64,000 bases of DNA from Eledone cirrhosa (GCA_964016885.1 OZ024740.1:311736001-311800000), one strand, 5' to 3'; shown: positions 38,115 to 51,908, numbered from the stretch's first letter. Notes: generated by a model not told the origin, from the letters alone. Translations and numbers: made by a program.

Positions 38115-41100
38115 GCTTCATTAAAAATGTCTTGTGACACAGTAAAAACATTATAAGTTGTTTGTATAAATCTGATGAAAACCACCTTCAAATACTCTGG
38201 TAAATAGTCACCAAGATATTTCCAATTTGAGACATGGTTTTAATATTTACTGCACACATTATTTGAAAGTCCCAATACATTAACACCCCAACCCAGAAAT
38301 CTCCCCAAGAGCAATATCACGCACCACCATTACGCTCTTGGTACAAACTTTGGTCTCTATTTCGTGGTATTACAAATCGTAAGAGTCTATTATTATTTAA
38401 ATTACAGTACCAGTAATGCACTGGGTAATTGCTGGCCTTCTGCCTAAAGTAGAAACAATTATTTAAATTACATCAAATTTAGATCTATGTCTAGAGATAC
38501 AAGAACAAACTGTAACCATTGGAAAACTTAACCCAAAGCCAACCAAAGAATAGTTATATATGTAGATGTAAATCTGTATTTGGATCTCGCTATCTAGACC
38601 TAGAGCTGGAATTCTAAATCTAAATTTACTAAACTACTAAACTTAGCAAATTAAATTTACTAAACTACTAAAATTAGCAAATTAAAACACAATCACTAAA
38701 AAGTAAAGATCAAACAACAATGATATCTCGTTACTATCATGATATTATTGGTTGAAGCCCAACATGGTAAAAAAAAACAATTTCAAAGAAAAATCTATCT
38801 AATACAACTTAAATAAAGATCCAAGTCAACTAAAGACACGACTTTTATTTAATACAACCCATTAGAAAACATTGAAAACAGTGCGCTAATGATCCGTGCT
38901 AAGGTTCTGAAAATCTATTAGACATAAAAGTAATTCTAAACTAGAATTCTCAATCTTCCCTGAAGAGAGCTGAGGTTCAAATTGGGTTTCGAACAACGCT
39001 TGCCATTATCAAGTATTGACAAGTCAATAACACATGGCTAAATAAACACCATTAGCCTGTATTGTCGATGACTATGTATAGCCTTCTCTCTTCTGGTAGG
39101 TTTTGACTGCCCTCCTGATATTTCAAATTAACCACTAGTGAGTGCTTGCGCTGACGATACTATGCTTATTACCACTGATTCTTACAATCTAGGTGATTGA
39201 GAGAGATGGGAGGGGGGGGGGGGGGAAATACTATTTTATTCTAGTGTAAATCAGGTGGAATACCATCAAACACAAACATTTTACTGCCAAATCAGATTTG
39301 TCATATATGCAAAATGGGTTTACCTAGCCTGTTTTTAGTACCCTGACTATCTTATTACTAGCTTGATAAAGCTGTGTTTCTACAAATATACAAAAGCTAC
39401 ACTCTCTCTCACTCTGAATAGCCTCACCAACCCGGGAGGCAGTAAATATATCCCAGGAAGATCGTCGTGAGAAAATTCAAAGGTAAACTATATCCTCCCT
39501 GTCAACTTTTGCTGGTTGTATCAACTACATTTACCTACTCTTCATGTTCGAAAGAATTTTCCTTTAACTCGCTGTTTTTTTTCTTTCTTTGGATGTTGCA
39601 TCAATTCTGCTCCTTTGTCTCAGCTAGAACTTGAGCTACTTGCCACCAAAAACTGTTCATCTCTTGCATACCTTATTCCACTCCACAGATGATGAATAGG
39701 TAGCCGTTGCTTTTTGTCACTGAACTGCATCCCTACTCTGCCGAATATAATAACATTGAGCAATTTTAAAGATAATTTATAGCAAACTGCAGGCGCAACA
39801 ATTTTTACACTAAATGCTAATTTTCTAGTGCCATTTCAAGTACTATTGTATGCATTACCTAAGAAAAAAAAACATTTATCAAGCATAAAAGGAACAGTCG
39901 GTAGCAGAAATTCCGGACGCTTTGCAATATCTAGTTGCATCTCTTTTACGTTCAAATTCCCCCGGGGCTTAACTTTGACTTTTACACTTTCCCGATGACG
40001 ATCAAATAAGTGCCAGAGGATTGATTAAACGTGTGGCCTTGCCTCTATATTAGAAATCATTTATCAGATATAAAAATGTTAAACAAACTTATTTATTTTA
40101 TGGTATAAGAATGAAGATAACGTAAAAGCCCGTATTTTTCTCTATTTTTTTCTTAAAGATTTTGTAGAATTTTTTTTTTTTACCCCAATAAAACGATTCT
40201 GTTATATATTGTTATTATTTATCCCTGGTCAACTTTGATTGAACACTATTTTTATCAAATATATCCTGTCATGTACATCGCCTCTTTTTTGGGCGTGTCT
40301 TTCTTTCTTTAAGACAGTGGGATTTGGTTTGCGGAAAATTTAGTTGTCATTTCTATCAGGTTGAGCGACGACGTAGACACGTGTTGTCTCGTTTCTGATT
40401 AATTTGATATGGATTTGAATATTTTCATTTTATTCACCAATAGCACCCGATGCGTTATTATTTATTCCAGTTTCCATGGCACCGACACAGTAAGATACAT
40501 ATCTCCTCGCCATTGATAGGATCTTAAGTTATCGATGATGTCTTAGTGGTTAATGGGAAGGGACTTCAAGTCCAGCACTTTAAACATTTTTACAGCTTAG
40601 TGAAGTGGGCCAACAAGAGACAATTGTCTTTGCAAGAGAACAGAATAAGAATCGTCAATCCTTCATAACAAGGAAACGCAATCAATTCAAAACAGTTGTA
40701 ATTATAACTTCGCATCATACTACACAGTTATTCTGCTGAACTAATACATAACAGTTCATAGGATTACTAATGTAACAGCATGCAAGTGAAGAAGAAATTT
40801 CATTTCCATCTCAATTAATTATTGAAACGAATGAAAACTTGCAAATGACTCGAAAGTGTTAATCTTAAGTTATGTGTTATCAAATGTTTGATAACACATT
40901 GATTTGGTTTTCATTCACCTTCGTATATATATCTCATGCTGTGCTATATGCATTGGTTGGTTTGTAGCAGAGAGAGAGGAACAAAATGAACGTAGAATAA
41001 TCTATCGTTATTTCTTATTCCCTGGCTGCTCTACTTTGTAATCGAGCTCTGAAGCCAATTAGGTGACTCAAGCAGAGTACAACTTTACTTCAAGCCAACA

Positions 41101-41398
41101 AAGGAACCCCTAAAGATTAATTCGACCTGCTAGAAATGGCAGTCATTACCTTTCCACAAATAATACCTTACCATTATATAAAAAGATAGGCTTCATTAAA
41201 TAATATAGTCTTACACAACCCTAAAAACACAGGGACAATCATGGTGGGAATACCTTTGATTATAGGTCTGTTTTATCAGGATTCACCTGTGGTTAAACAA
41301 GAACAGTACCTTCGCTGCAAAGATAATTATTTATACTGACAGAAACACTACTCTCTAGCGGGTTTTCTATTAGTATATACATGTGTATGCGCGCCCGC

Positions 41399-41483
<85 letters not shown>

Positions 41484-41792
41484 TTCGTAACGTATATATC
41501 AACTAACAATGGTACCAGGTGTTGCTCGATTACGGATTATATAGAAAAAAGATTTTCTTTAAACATAATTAATAGCAATTTTTTATATAGTTGTTTTTAC
41601 AGACACACCTACTAACATACTCTTGGGTAGTGGTGATACACACAAACACATATACAGTCATATCCACATATCCACACACATCGACATCCATATAGAAAGA
41701 GAAACGCGTTATGTGTATTATATATATATATGAATGTATGTATAGCATACACACATTCATGTATACATCGCTATTTCAGAGCACCAATACTA

Positions 41793-41860
<68 letters not shown>

Positions 41861-41977
41861 GAGAGTAATAGTAACAATATTTATACTTATATATGTTTAA
41901 TATACAATTATAAATATGGAGGGTAGTACTAAGTATTGAATGACTAGGAGTTTAATCACCTGTTTAGACATTCCCTG

Positions 41978-42024
41978 TGCTCCGATGATCCCAGACACCC
42001 CTCTCGAAGAAACAATTGTCAGCA
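41978..42024 (+). ncRNA. Degenerate hammerhead motif in a short PLE-like 3' end
   Basis: tgct CCGATGA ... GAAA caattg TC agca, followed by AATAAA and (TA)n. Stem II is weak. Confidence 0.5.
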
Positions 42025-42064
42025 AATAAATGTATTAAACTAATATTTGATTGTTTTAACACTT

Positions 42065-42133
<69 letters not shown>

Positions 42134-42137
<4 letters not shown>

Positions 42138-43702
42138 AGGAGGTTATAGTTCACTTGAAGCATTGTGTAATGAGGTATAAACGTTTGAATATGTGTAATA
42201 AGGCCAAGACAATGCAGGTATGGACATAGAAAAAAGAATGCAATAGTGAAAGATATTGATGTGAATTCGTCTTTCACCTTGAATTTATTTAAATGTCCTT
42301 AATTTTCGAGATAATATCTCTTCTTCGGAGGGAAGTAAAGGTCTCAAACCAGCGTCTTTAAATTTCTAGCCAAGCTATGCTGACCGGAAATAGTATAGAG
42401 TATCTGTTCTAACTCTAATATCAAAGAATTAAAATTAGGTGGATAAAGAGTAGTCTCCCTTTAAGAGGGGTTTGTTTAGGTTTTATTTTTTTTTATTTAT
42501 TTTTTATTTTATTTTATATACGTGCCTGTATATGTGTGTGGGAGAATGCATGAAGGTGTAGGTATGTGGGTGTGTGTGTGTGAGTGTGGGAAGATAGGTC
42601 TAATCGTAAAAGTGGGGGGTAGGTGTTACCTGGTGTTAGAACTGGTTTTGTGTGTGTATGTGTGAGAGAGACTTCTTTTATTCTTATGTGGAGTGGTCTG
42701 GTGGTGCTACCTACGTAGAAGTTGTTGCATTTGTCACACTCTAGTCTGTATACTACGTAAGCCTGGTGGCATAGGTCTGTGTCGTTGATGGTGTCTGTGT
42801 CGTTGATAGGTCTGTGTCGTTGCTGCAGACTAGCCAACTGCCCCATCAACGACACAGACCTATGCCACCAGGCTTACGTAGTATACAGACTAGAGTGTGA
42901 CAAATGCAACAACTTCTACGTAGGTAGCACCACCAGACCACTCCACATAAGAATAAAAGAACACCTCAATACTAACGCTTCCTCATTTAAGAAACACCTA
43001 GTTAAATGCAAAAACACCGATAAAAACATAACAGTTAGGATAGAAACTAAGGAAAGAATCCTCGGCAATCTTAGAATTAAGGAAGCACTTATTATAGATA
43101 GAACACATCCACCAATCAATAATAGACTAGAGCTCAACACCCAATTTATAACCTGATAGGGCCTCTAGCCCCATTTTTACACACCCCACACACACGCACG
43201 CGCACACCTCCACTTATTCTCTCTCACACATACACACACAAAACCAGTTCTAACACCAGATAACACCTACCCCCCACTTTTACGATTAGACCTATCTTCC
43301 CACACTCACACACACACACATACCTACACCTTCATGCATTCTCCCACACACATATACAGGCACGTATATAAAATTAAAAAAAAAATAATAATAAAAAAAA
43401 AAACCTAAACAAACCCCTCTTAAAGGGAGACTACTCTTTATCCACCTAATTTTAATTCTTTGATATTAGAGTTAGAACAGATACTCTATACTATTTCCGG
43501 TCAGCATGGCTTGGCTAGAAATTTAAAGACGCTGGTTTGAGACCTTTACTTCCCTCCGAAGAAGAGATATTATCTCGAAAATTAAGGACATTTAAATAAA
43601 TTCAAGGTGAAAGACGAATTCACATCAATATCTTTCACTATTGCATTCTTTTTTCTATGTCCATACCTGCATTGTCTTGGCCTTATTACACATATTCAAA
43701 CA
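42134..43702 (+). mobile_element. Truncated PLE (GIY-YIG only) with inverted 5' copy
   Basis: VVYRLECDKCNNFYVGSTTRPLHIRIKEH...KEALII....PPINNRLE. Left arm is a reverse complement with an internal deletion. HHR-like cct CCGAAGA agagat att atctc GAAA at TA agg at 43553-43587 and 42297-42331. Confidence 0.9.
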
Positions 43703-44256
43703 TATATATATATATATGAATCTTGTTACTTTAGAGTTTTGGTGACTTCATAGAAGCCTCATACAAGATTCTTGTCTGAACGACCCTGTGAGTACACAGG
43801 AGAAACTCTAGTGTAACAAGATTCATGCTTAGCCTTAATAACTTCGTTATGAATATAAATAAACTTTCTGTTCCAATATTTTTTATTTTGTTAACAATAA
43901 ATAAATAAATAAATAAATAAAATACAGAATTATAGAACAATTACATTTTATTTCCAAATATTTTTTATAAATAATTGAGAGATAAACAAAAAATAACTTA
44001 CAGAATTGGTTCAATGACTTGGCAGTAATCTTTTCACAGAGTGGATTTATGATGATCGATCGACCAATCAAATTGACGCTTTCTGAAATATGAAAATTTC
44101 AATACTCAGCTCTGTCTACCCATCACTTTTTGCTAGGTCAATGAATGGTTGACATGCTGAAATTTTGTAATTATGGCTAAAATAATAGCGCTAGGTCTTC
44201 AAAATGCGCGCGCGCGCGGGCGCGGGCGCGTGTGTGTGTGTGTGTGTGTGTGTGTT

Positions 44257-44450
44257 TTAGAAAGTAAGGCGGCACAAACAAGAGATTGACAGTTTCCCTT
44301 CGTCAGTTGTCAACTATGGGTCACAGATGTTTCAGCGCATTATAGACAATACATGTATTGTCTATAATGCGCTGAAACGTCTGTGACTCGTAGTTGACAA
44401 CTGACGAAGGGAAACTGTCAATCTCTTGTTTGTGCCGCCTTACTTTCTAA
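44257..44450. repeat. ~194-bp spacerless near-perfect palindrome
   Basis: Centre ACAATACA|TGTATTGT at 44353/44354; only about 3 mismatches. Confidence 0.95.
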
Positions 44451-44478
44451 CACTATACACACACACCCACACACACAG

Positions 44479-44519
<41 letters not shown>

Positions 44520-44609
44520 GTAATGATAAATAATGTGAAGACTAAAATCCGAAGAGGGCTCGATAAGGATAATATATTTAAAATATATAAAAAACCGTAG
44601 AGCAAATAT

Positions 44610-44735
44610 TTATTAAAATAACAGATTAAAGTTTAAGCAAAGAATCGCTGCTTTCACCCTTAACGGGATCCTTTGAAACCGGTTAACGGTAAAAGCAGCG
44701 ATTCTTTGCTTAAAATTTAATCTGTTATTTTAATA
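44610..44735. repeat. Short fold-back of a PLE-like 3' terminus (same family as 22020-22085)
   Basis: AAAATAACAGATTAAA..AAGCAAAGAATCGCTGCTTT and its reverse complement. Confidence 0.8.
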
Positions 44736-44740
44736 TATAT

Positions 44741-45364
44741 TGGTTGGCAAATCAATGACGAGGGACTAATTTTATAATATGTAACCCATGTGCAACCACG
44801 CAGTATTCCCCTTCTTCTCATGTTTTTTATACATATTTACCTCGGCTGCGTTTGTCTGTTTCTCTCTTTCTCTCTTACTGCTCCCCCGTTCTCTCTGTTT
44901 CTCTCACCTTCTTTTGCCCCCTCTGTCAGTTACACTTTCTCTCGACTGACCTCTTCCTCGCACTTCCACTCACTCACTCTCTGTTTCTCCCCTTCTCACT
45001 TCCTCCCGTTTCGTTGGTAGTGGGGTTCTTTCTTTCTTTCTCACATCTCACTCACATCGGACGGTATGTATTCTGAACGCTCATGAAATTCACCCAGCTT
45101 ATGCTGACCGGAAAACCATGTTGCTTGTTTTTTTCCTATCTTCGGTTTGCTTTTATCCTTCTATGTTGTTTACTTGTCTCACTCGCTTTACGCGACTCAC
45201 TTGTCCCAATAGCTCTTTTTAGTTATTGCTCGCACCAACCGGAGGTATATGATTTTTAATGCGATGAAATACCAATGATGGTTGGCAAATCAGTGACGAG
45301 GGACTAATTTTATAATATGTAACCCATGTGCAACCACGCAGTATTCCCCTTCTTCTCATGTTTT
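44741..45364 (+). mobile_element. ORF-less unit F with ~85-bp terminal direct repeat (period ~538 bp)
   Basis: 44741-44826 is repeated at 45279-45364; TA-rich flanks; pyrimidine-rich body. Confidence 0.6.
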
Positions 45365-46185
45365 ATATATATATATATATATAAAATGGAGTTAAAAACT
45401 CACATTAATCCCCTATAATTTAATATATTTTTTTATTGATTTGAATTCATCATTCCTTCCGTAGGTAATATGTTTGTCACTCTGTTGGTTTTTGATCCCC
45501 TTTGATTAAACACATATCTCTATGTGTACTTCTCTCTCTCTCTATATATATATGTGTGTGTATATATAAAGTGGTCTTCCGTAAAAGAACGAAAAGAGAC
45601 CACAGTTGAAGTAAGGAACGTAATACATCAATTGAAGAGGGTACTTCTACAAGACTAGTACTGTGCCAGTTGGAGATGAAATCATCATAAGACCAATTAA
45701 TCGTGGTCAGTACACCCCTTGTAGAAAGTTCCAGAAAGGAACCAGGGTAGAGTGGATACAATGGGGGATGAAGAGGGTTGGTGTGAAAAGAATGACGGTG
45801 GTGGTGGTGTAAATGATTATGATGATGATGATGATGAAGGTGGGATGATGATATCGGTGGGATGGATGATGATAATGAGGGAACTATTGGTGGTGGTGGT
45901 GGTTGTAAGGATTAAGTGTGATGGTAGTCATGATAAACAGTTTAGGGATATTGTTGAAGGTTGGTGGTGATAATGATTGAGTGTGAGGGTAATAATTCTG
46001 AAGGGTTATGGAGCTCATAACAAACAGCATAGTGGTACTTTGAAGGGTTGGTGATTTGGAATTCACAAGCACCATTTGTAAACTGAAGCAACAGAAGAAA
46101 AATCTTGTGAAAGAGATAATTAAACAGATTTTTACACCAGGATTGCGCTCTATGGACTTTAAAATGGCTTAGAATATTATAAATT

Positions 46186-47010
46186 AGTGGCAGTATGGGT
46201 AGAGGGTCGGACGCCATGCTTTGACACATAGAGTTACGGCCCTTGCCATTCTCAGTTCAAATCCCGCCGAGGTTAACTTTGCCTTTCATCCTTACGGGGT
46301 CGATAAAATAAAGTACCAGTAATGCACTGGGTAATTACTGGCCTTGTACCAAAAAGTAGAAACAATTATTAATAGCATCACTAGTAGGACGGTGCATTGG
46401 TAGAATCGGCAGAGCGTCGGACAACATGATTTGTGGCCTAGAGTTACGCTCCATTACGTTCTGAGTTCAAATCCCGCCGAAGTTAGCTTTGCCTTTCATA
46501 CTTACTGGATCGATAAAATAAAGTACCAGTAATGCACTGGGGTCGATTTAATCGACTTTCTCCTCCCATGAAATTGCTGGCCTTATACTTAAAGTAGAGA
46601 CAATTATTAACAACATAACTGCATCCTGAAACATACTTCGCTAAACTGAACATGTATCGACGAGGAACAGTTTTACGTTAGTAAAAATAATTGTTTCTAC
46701 TTTTGGCTCAAGGCCAGCAATTATCCCAGTGCATTACTGGTACTTTATTTTATTAACCCCGTAAGGATGAAAAGCAAAGTTAACTTCGGCGGGATTTTAA
46801 CGTATGCATATTATTGTTACGTTATTAACAATAATTGTTTCTACTTTTGGCACAAGGCCAGCAATTACCCACTGCATTACTGGTACTTTATTTTATCGAC
46901 CCCGTAAGGATGAAAGGCAAAGTTAACCTCGGCGGGATTTGAACTGAGAATGGCAAGGGCCGTAGCTCTATGCGTCAAAGCATGGTGTCCGACCCTCTAC
47001 CCATACTGCT
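46186..47010. mobile_element. Four Meta/MESC-type SINEs, two on + (46186-46370, 46386-46610) and two on - (46688-46800, 46830-47010)
   Basis: A/B boxes and core visible; the outer pair shares diagnostic variants. Confidence 0.9.
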
Positions 47011-49159
47011 ATGCATACGTTAGCAACAATAACAGCGAAGATATGTATTTATCAACTGTAATAATTGTAGTTGAAGACCGTACGAAGGAAGTATCCAAAG
47101 TTCAAATTAAATCCTTCTGATAAATATTTCCGGTTAGTATCTGTTTACAACACCAATGAAGCTTCACGATGAACAGAATACTTTCATACTGAAATAACAA
47201 CGATATAAATCTTGATAATATTAAAGATAGCTACTGCAATTTTTTTTCTTTTCATCACATTTTAATCAAAGTATCCACAATTTTCAGTTTTATTTAAGAA
47301 AACCTAATAAAATACAAATCTACCGACAATATAGATAGCTGGAAATTATACACACAAATGCCATAGATGTCAAAAATCAATACATACGCAGATATAACTT
47401 TATTACTTAATTACATAAATATTTCATATGGAAATATAAAATCAAAACCAAAGAAAATATTAAGTCCCCCTCTAATACTTTTTGAGACAAGCCAACACAC
47501 TGGGAGCGTTATCGCGAGTAATAGCGAGGATAAGTCGCTAGAACAACCATGCACCCTCACGGGTATCACCTGATACCTAGGCAAGGCGAGCCGCCAACGA
47601 CGACTGTAAATTGAATGATGTTCTAATTCGAATGAAAATATATAATGGCATACCTTGTTCAACAATTCCGTATTGGCAAGATCTACTTAACATTATTTCA
47701 TCAATCAAAAACATTAAAAGTGAAGGAAACTGTAATTATTGATTTTTCATACAATGAATTATATTATGAAGCAAGAGTTTGTAATCGTAGATTCTTCATG
47801 ACCTGGAAGGGACATTTTATATCAAACTGTTTTGTTTTAACGTTAACAATTATCTATCTATTCTGAAAGGTTATTGCTTCTATAGAACTTTCTGAAAGGC
47901 TATTGCTTCTATAGTACTTTCCCATTTACAAGCATAAATTATCTCGAAAGTACTTGTATAACATCATCATATACTTGGAATGATGTCAGTGTACCTTATC
48001 TGTGGTGTTAATAGCACAGATAGAATAAATATCGCAAAAATAAAAATACTACTAATAGAAATTTATTTTTCTTGTAAAACGCTTCTTCAAAGACATTACA
48101 TATATATCTGTATGAACAAACACACCCGTGTGTTCTGTGCTTGTGTGATATCACAAATGTATTTTGCAATAGCAAACAAATTTCCACAACTTTCTCAGAT
48201 TAAAGATAAGACAAATACATGCCTTGTATAACATGTTTTACGTTTCTAAGTATCTATTTGTCAAAAGAAAAAACAACTATCTTTTATAAAAGCATATACC
48301 ACATTTATGCATTTCCATTGGATTAAAGATAAGACAAATGCATTTCCATTTTATCAACTTTCCTTAATCACCATTCTAAAATTTGATTCCTGAATACAAC
48401 AGAAAACAGAATGAAATAATTATTAAAAGCTTCAAAAAACTTAAAAGTTCCTTCATTCATACTTTTTTTTATTTTTTATTATACCCTTGAACTGACTCCT
48501 GGAAATAAATTCCAAACTCAAGATACCGAAGTTTCATATTTCGATGAAATAAATATTTTTTTAATCAGTCTAATAATTTGAATTAGTTACAATATTCTAA
48601 TTAACGCAATACAATTACATATTCGATTTGAAATATTTATATATAGTAAGCATGATTAAAAGGTCTTCCTATTTTTTGTTTCCTTTATTACTATGTTGTC
48701 TTTATTACTATGTCGTCTTTATTACTATGTTGATTTTTATTTTCCTTCAATTCCCAATTACTTAAATAACACACCACGAACATTTTTCTTTGAATTTCTG
48801 TAAAAGAGAAGGACATTTTGTTTTTCATTCACTGATGCATTTTCTAATTAGTGGTATTTTTGAAAAAGCTTTTCACAGAAAAATAATTAACTTCTATTTG
48901 TAGTTTCTTATCCATTTTGATATCGGTCGGACGTCTATTCGAAACATTTTGATACGAAGCCTGAAATTATAAATGACGATATGTTTAGTTAATAATCAGG
49001 TTTCACCAATGTTTCTGTTTCTTCTAACAGCACATTATATCGTTGTCGTCCTAGTTGTTAACATCTTCTCTCATAATTTAAACAGTGTGTCTAGGAAGAC
49101 CATATTATCAAATTTGTCCTTTTTAAAGGAAGATATCTTCTCCGTTTACATACATAATG

Positions 49160-50725
49160 ATGGTTGCAACTCGATTTCGAGTAATGTCATCGCATAATAC
49201 TCAAGCATGAGCATCACGGACGTGGCTTTTTAGTCCTGCTTGGGACTTGTCTATGGCCAGCAATACCATGGATCGCAAAAAATGTCACATATCAAGCGAT
49301 GCTTGAAGATTTTTTTAAGTGAGGAAAGGCTTTGCACGGAGCCAATCCCACTCTCTGAACATCGAATGCATTTGCCCCAAAAGAACAAGTCTACATCATT
49401 GGATGCAAATGAAGTCGCAGGTTTTATATCATAATGACCTTCTCCTAGAGAGATGTCTTAATGGGGTCTCTCGCTCCAGAAAAAAAAAACTTTATTGGAT
49501 GGTCCTTGACTCTCTTGAGTTCTTCTGCCCTTTGACAGGTTTTGTTTTTCATTTCGCAGGATGTCCAAAATCACCCGCCTCACCAAGCAAGCCTGGTGGG
49601 GTTGCCGGTTTAGTCACCGACGACCCAACCATGCACAGGTTGTACTGGGTTACATGTTACCAGTAGCACTGAAGAGCGACCTAGCATACATACATACATG
49701 CATGATGTTCCTGTCGTTGATGCCGCATTAGATGGCTCATCAAACTTACATCCACTACTAAACAGTGTGCCGAGAAGTTCCCCACCTACTTCAGTTTGAT
49801 TGGCGTGGCATGCTTTGTGGTGCCGTGTTAGCACACTTGCAGAGTGACACACTTTGGCACAGATGCAAAAGTGTGTCATTTCGCAGGTAGTTTGCACTGC
49901 AGCTGTTTGCCTTGCAACAGCTCTCTATACAATACTTACCTACTTACCTACCTAGCTACATACCAACCTACCTAGCGACCTACCTACCAACCTAGCTAGC
50001 TAGCTAGCTACTTAAATACCTACCTACCTACCTACCTACCTACCTACCTACCTACCTACCTACCTACCTACCTACCTACCTACCTACCTACCTACCTACC
50101 TACCTGCCTGCATGCATGCATACATACATACATACATACATACATACATACATACATACATACATACATACATACATACATACATACATGATGGCTGCCC
50201 CCTCGTTATCGAGTATGACCATTGCACGTTATGCCATTATTGATAATTATTAATTAATTCTATCGTGCAATGCCTGCGCGTGAAGATATTTTTTAAAGTG
50301 AGGAGAGACTGTGCACTGAGCCAATCCCACTCTTTGAGTGACAGTAGCTATAACCTGAAAAGAAGAAAATATCAACATCATCGTTAACTACTGAGCCGCA
50401 GGTTTTATATCGGAGTTATCCTAGTTTCCTGAGTTGCCTTCTCCTAGAAGAATGCCCTGACAAAGGCTAGGGGTCCTTCACTCCCAGTGGTTTAACCACG
50501 CGGTACATGTGTATATACATATTTACACACTTTTGGATGGCCGTTGACTCTTATGAGTTCTTCCGCCCTTTGTCAGGTTTTCTTTTTTGTCCTGCAGGGT
50601 GTCCAAATATCACCCTCCTCACCAAGTAAACTTGGTGGGGTTGTCGGTTTAGTCGCCGACGACCCGACCATGTGACAGGTTGTACTGGGTTACATGTTAC
50701 CAGTAGCACTCAAGAGTGACCCGAC
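49160..50725 (-). mobile_element. Cluster of diverged RTE derivatives (49160-49685, 49700-49920, 50190-50725) separated by (CATA)n/(CCTA)n
   Basis: Shared 5' leader GGTAACATGTAACCCAGTACAACC, 3' stem-loop plus (TATG)n, and C2H2 remnant CICAKVCHSASVLTRHHKAC. Confidence 0.7.
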
Positions 50726-50786
50726 ATGCATACATACATACATGCATACATGCATACATACATACATACATACATACATACATACA

Positions 50787-50820
<34 letters not shown>

Positions 50821-50980
50821 CGTACACACATGATGCATATATATATATATATATATCAGAGAAGGTGTGGTAAGATACCAGATGGACCATAACGCACCAG
50901 AGTTCGGATCTAGTTGTCGAAACGGCCGAAGCTCAGCCGTCGGGGTCCTGAATATTTGCATATATATATATATATATATA

Positions 50981-51895
50981 CGAGGTGTGTCGAAAAGTTC
51001 CAGGACTGATGTCACAAAAGATTTATTTCAAACCCAAACTTCACACTAAGAGTTTTCTCCTTCAAAGTAATCCACCTGGAGTCCAATGCACTTTTCCACC
51101 CTTTTCTGCCACGCTTGCATGCACTCCTAGAAGGATTCTTCCGGGATCCTCCGCAGTTCCGTCGTCACGGCCTTTTTGATGTCGTCGACGTCTTCAAAAC
51201 GGGTCCCCTCCGGGTTGTACTCGAAGATCCATGACTCATCACCGGTGATGACTGTCCCTAGCAAGTCTGGTTCGGTTTCAAGACGCTCGAGGATGTCCTG
51301 GCACACTTGCATGAGTCGACCCTTCTGGTCATAGTTCAGCAGTTTTGGCACCATCTTCGCGCAGACTTTCCGCATGTCCAAATCTTCAGTGAGAATCATC
51401 CAGACGCTGTCCCGATTCATGCCCAGCTCATTTGCCACCAGTCGAACAGTCAGCCGACGATCGCTACGCACCATCTGCCTGACGCGCTCAACGTTGACAT
51501 CAGTCCTGGTTGTTGAGGGCCTTCCGCTCCTGGGGTCATCTTCCACGTCCTCGCGTCCTTCTTTAAACCTCTTGCACCACTCAAAAACACGTGAACGTGA
51601 CATCGTCTCATCTCCATACACTTGCTGCAGCAATCCTAGTACTTCTGACAGAGTTTTCCCCAACCGTACCAGAAACTTAAAGTTTGTTCGTTGCTCTGTG
51701 CTCATTGCTTGACGACCTGAAACAGAGGACATGTATATAAAATTATGAAGAAAAAAGTTTGATCGCTGCAGAAGCTAAGATTACAGTTACATACTCCAGG
51801 GGGATTACTTTGAAGGAGAAAATTCTTAGTGTGAAGTTTGGGTTTGAAATAAATCTTTTGTGACATCAGTCCTGGAACTTTTCTGACACACCTCG
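50981..51895 (-). mobile_element. Internally deleted mariner transposon with ~100-bp TIRs in (TA)n
   Basis: TIR CGAGGTGTGTC(A)GAAAAGTTCC... at both ends. ORF 51127-51732 has HTH, RSGRP, KMVPKLL and TGDESW, then jumps to G.RF.....IK, so two catalytic Asp are lost. Confidence 0.95.
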
Positions 51896-51908
51896 TATAT
51901 ATATATAA

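Larger units (their letters stand above)
34700..38230 (-). mobile_element. Decayed hAT (Buster/Charlie, ZBED5/SCAND3-like) transposase, interrupted by a SINE and an LTR element
   Basis: Remnant motifs NEAIKP (split by the LTR insertion), FSMLLDEST and HCMIHEQHL. Confidence 0.75.

Noticed and set aside
47500-47600. U1 snRNA-like resemblance on the minus strand
   Set aside because: It lacks ATACTTACCTG, the ATTGCAC loop and an Sm site; the similarity is only patchy.
50535-50725. HDV-like ribozyme in the leader of the short RTE derivatives
   Set aside because: Some pairing exists (GGGTCAC/GTAACCC, TACTGG/CCAGTA), but I could not fit P2, P3 and J4/2 consistently across the three copies.
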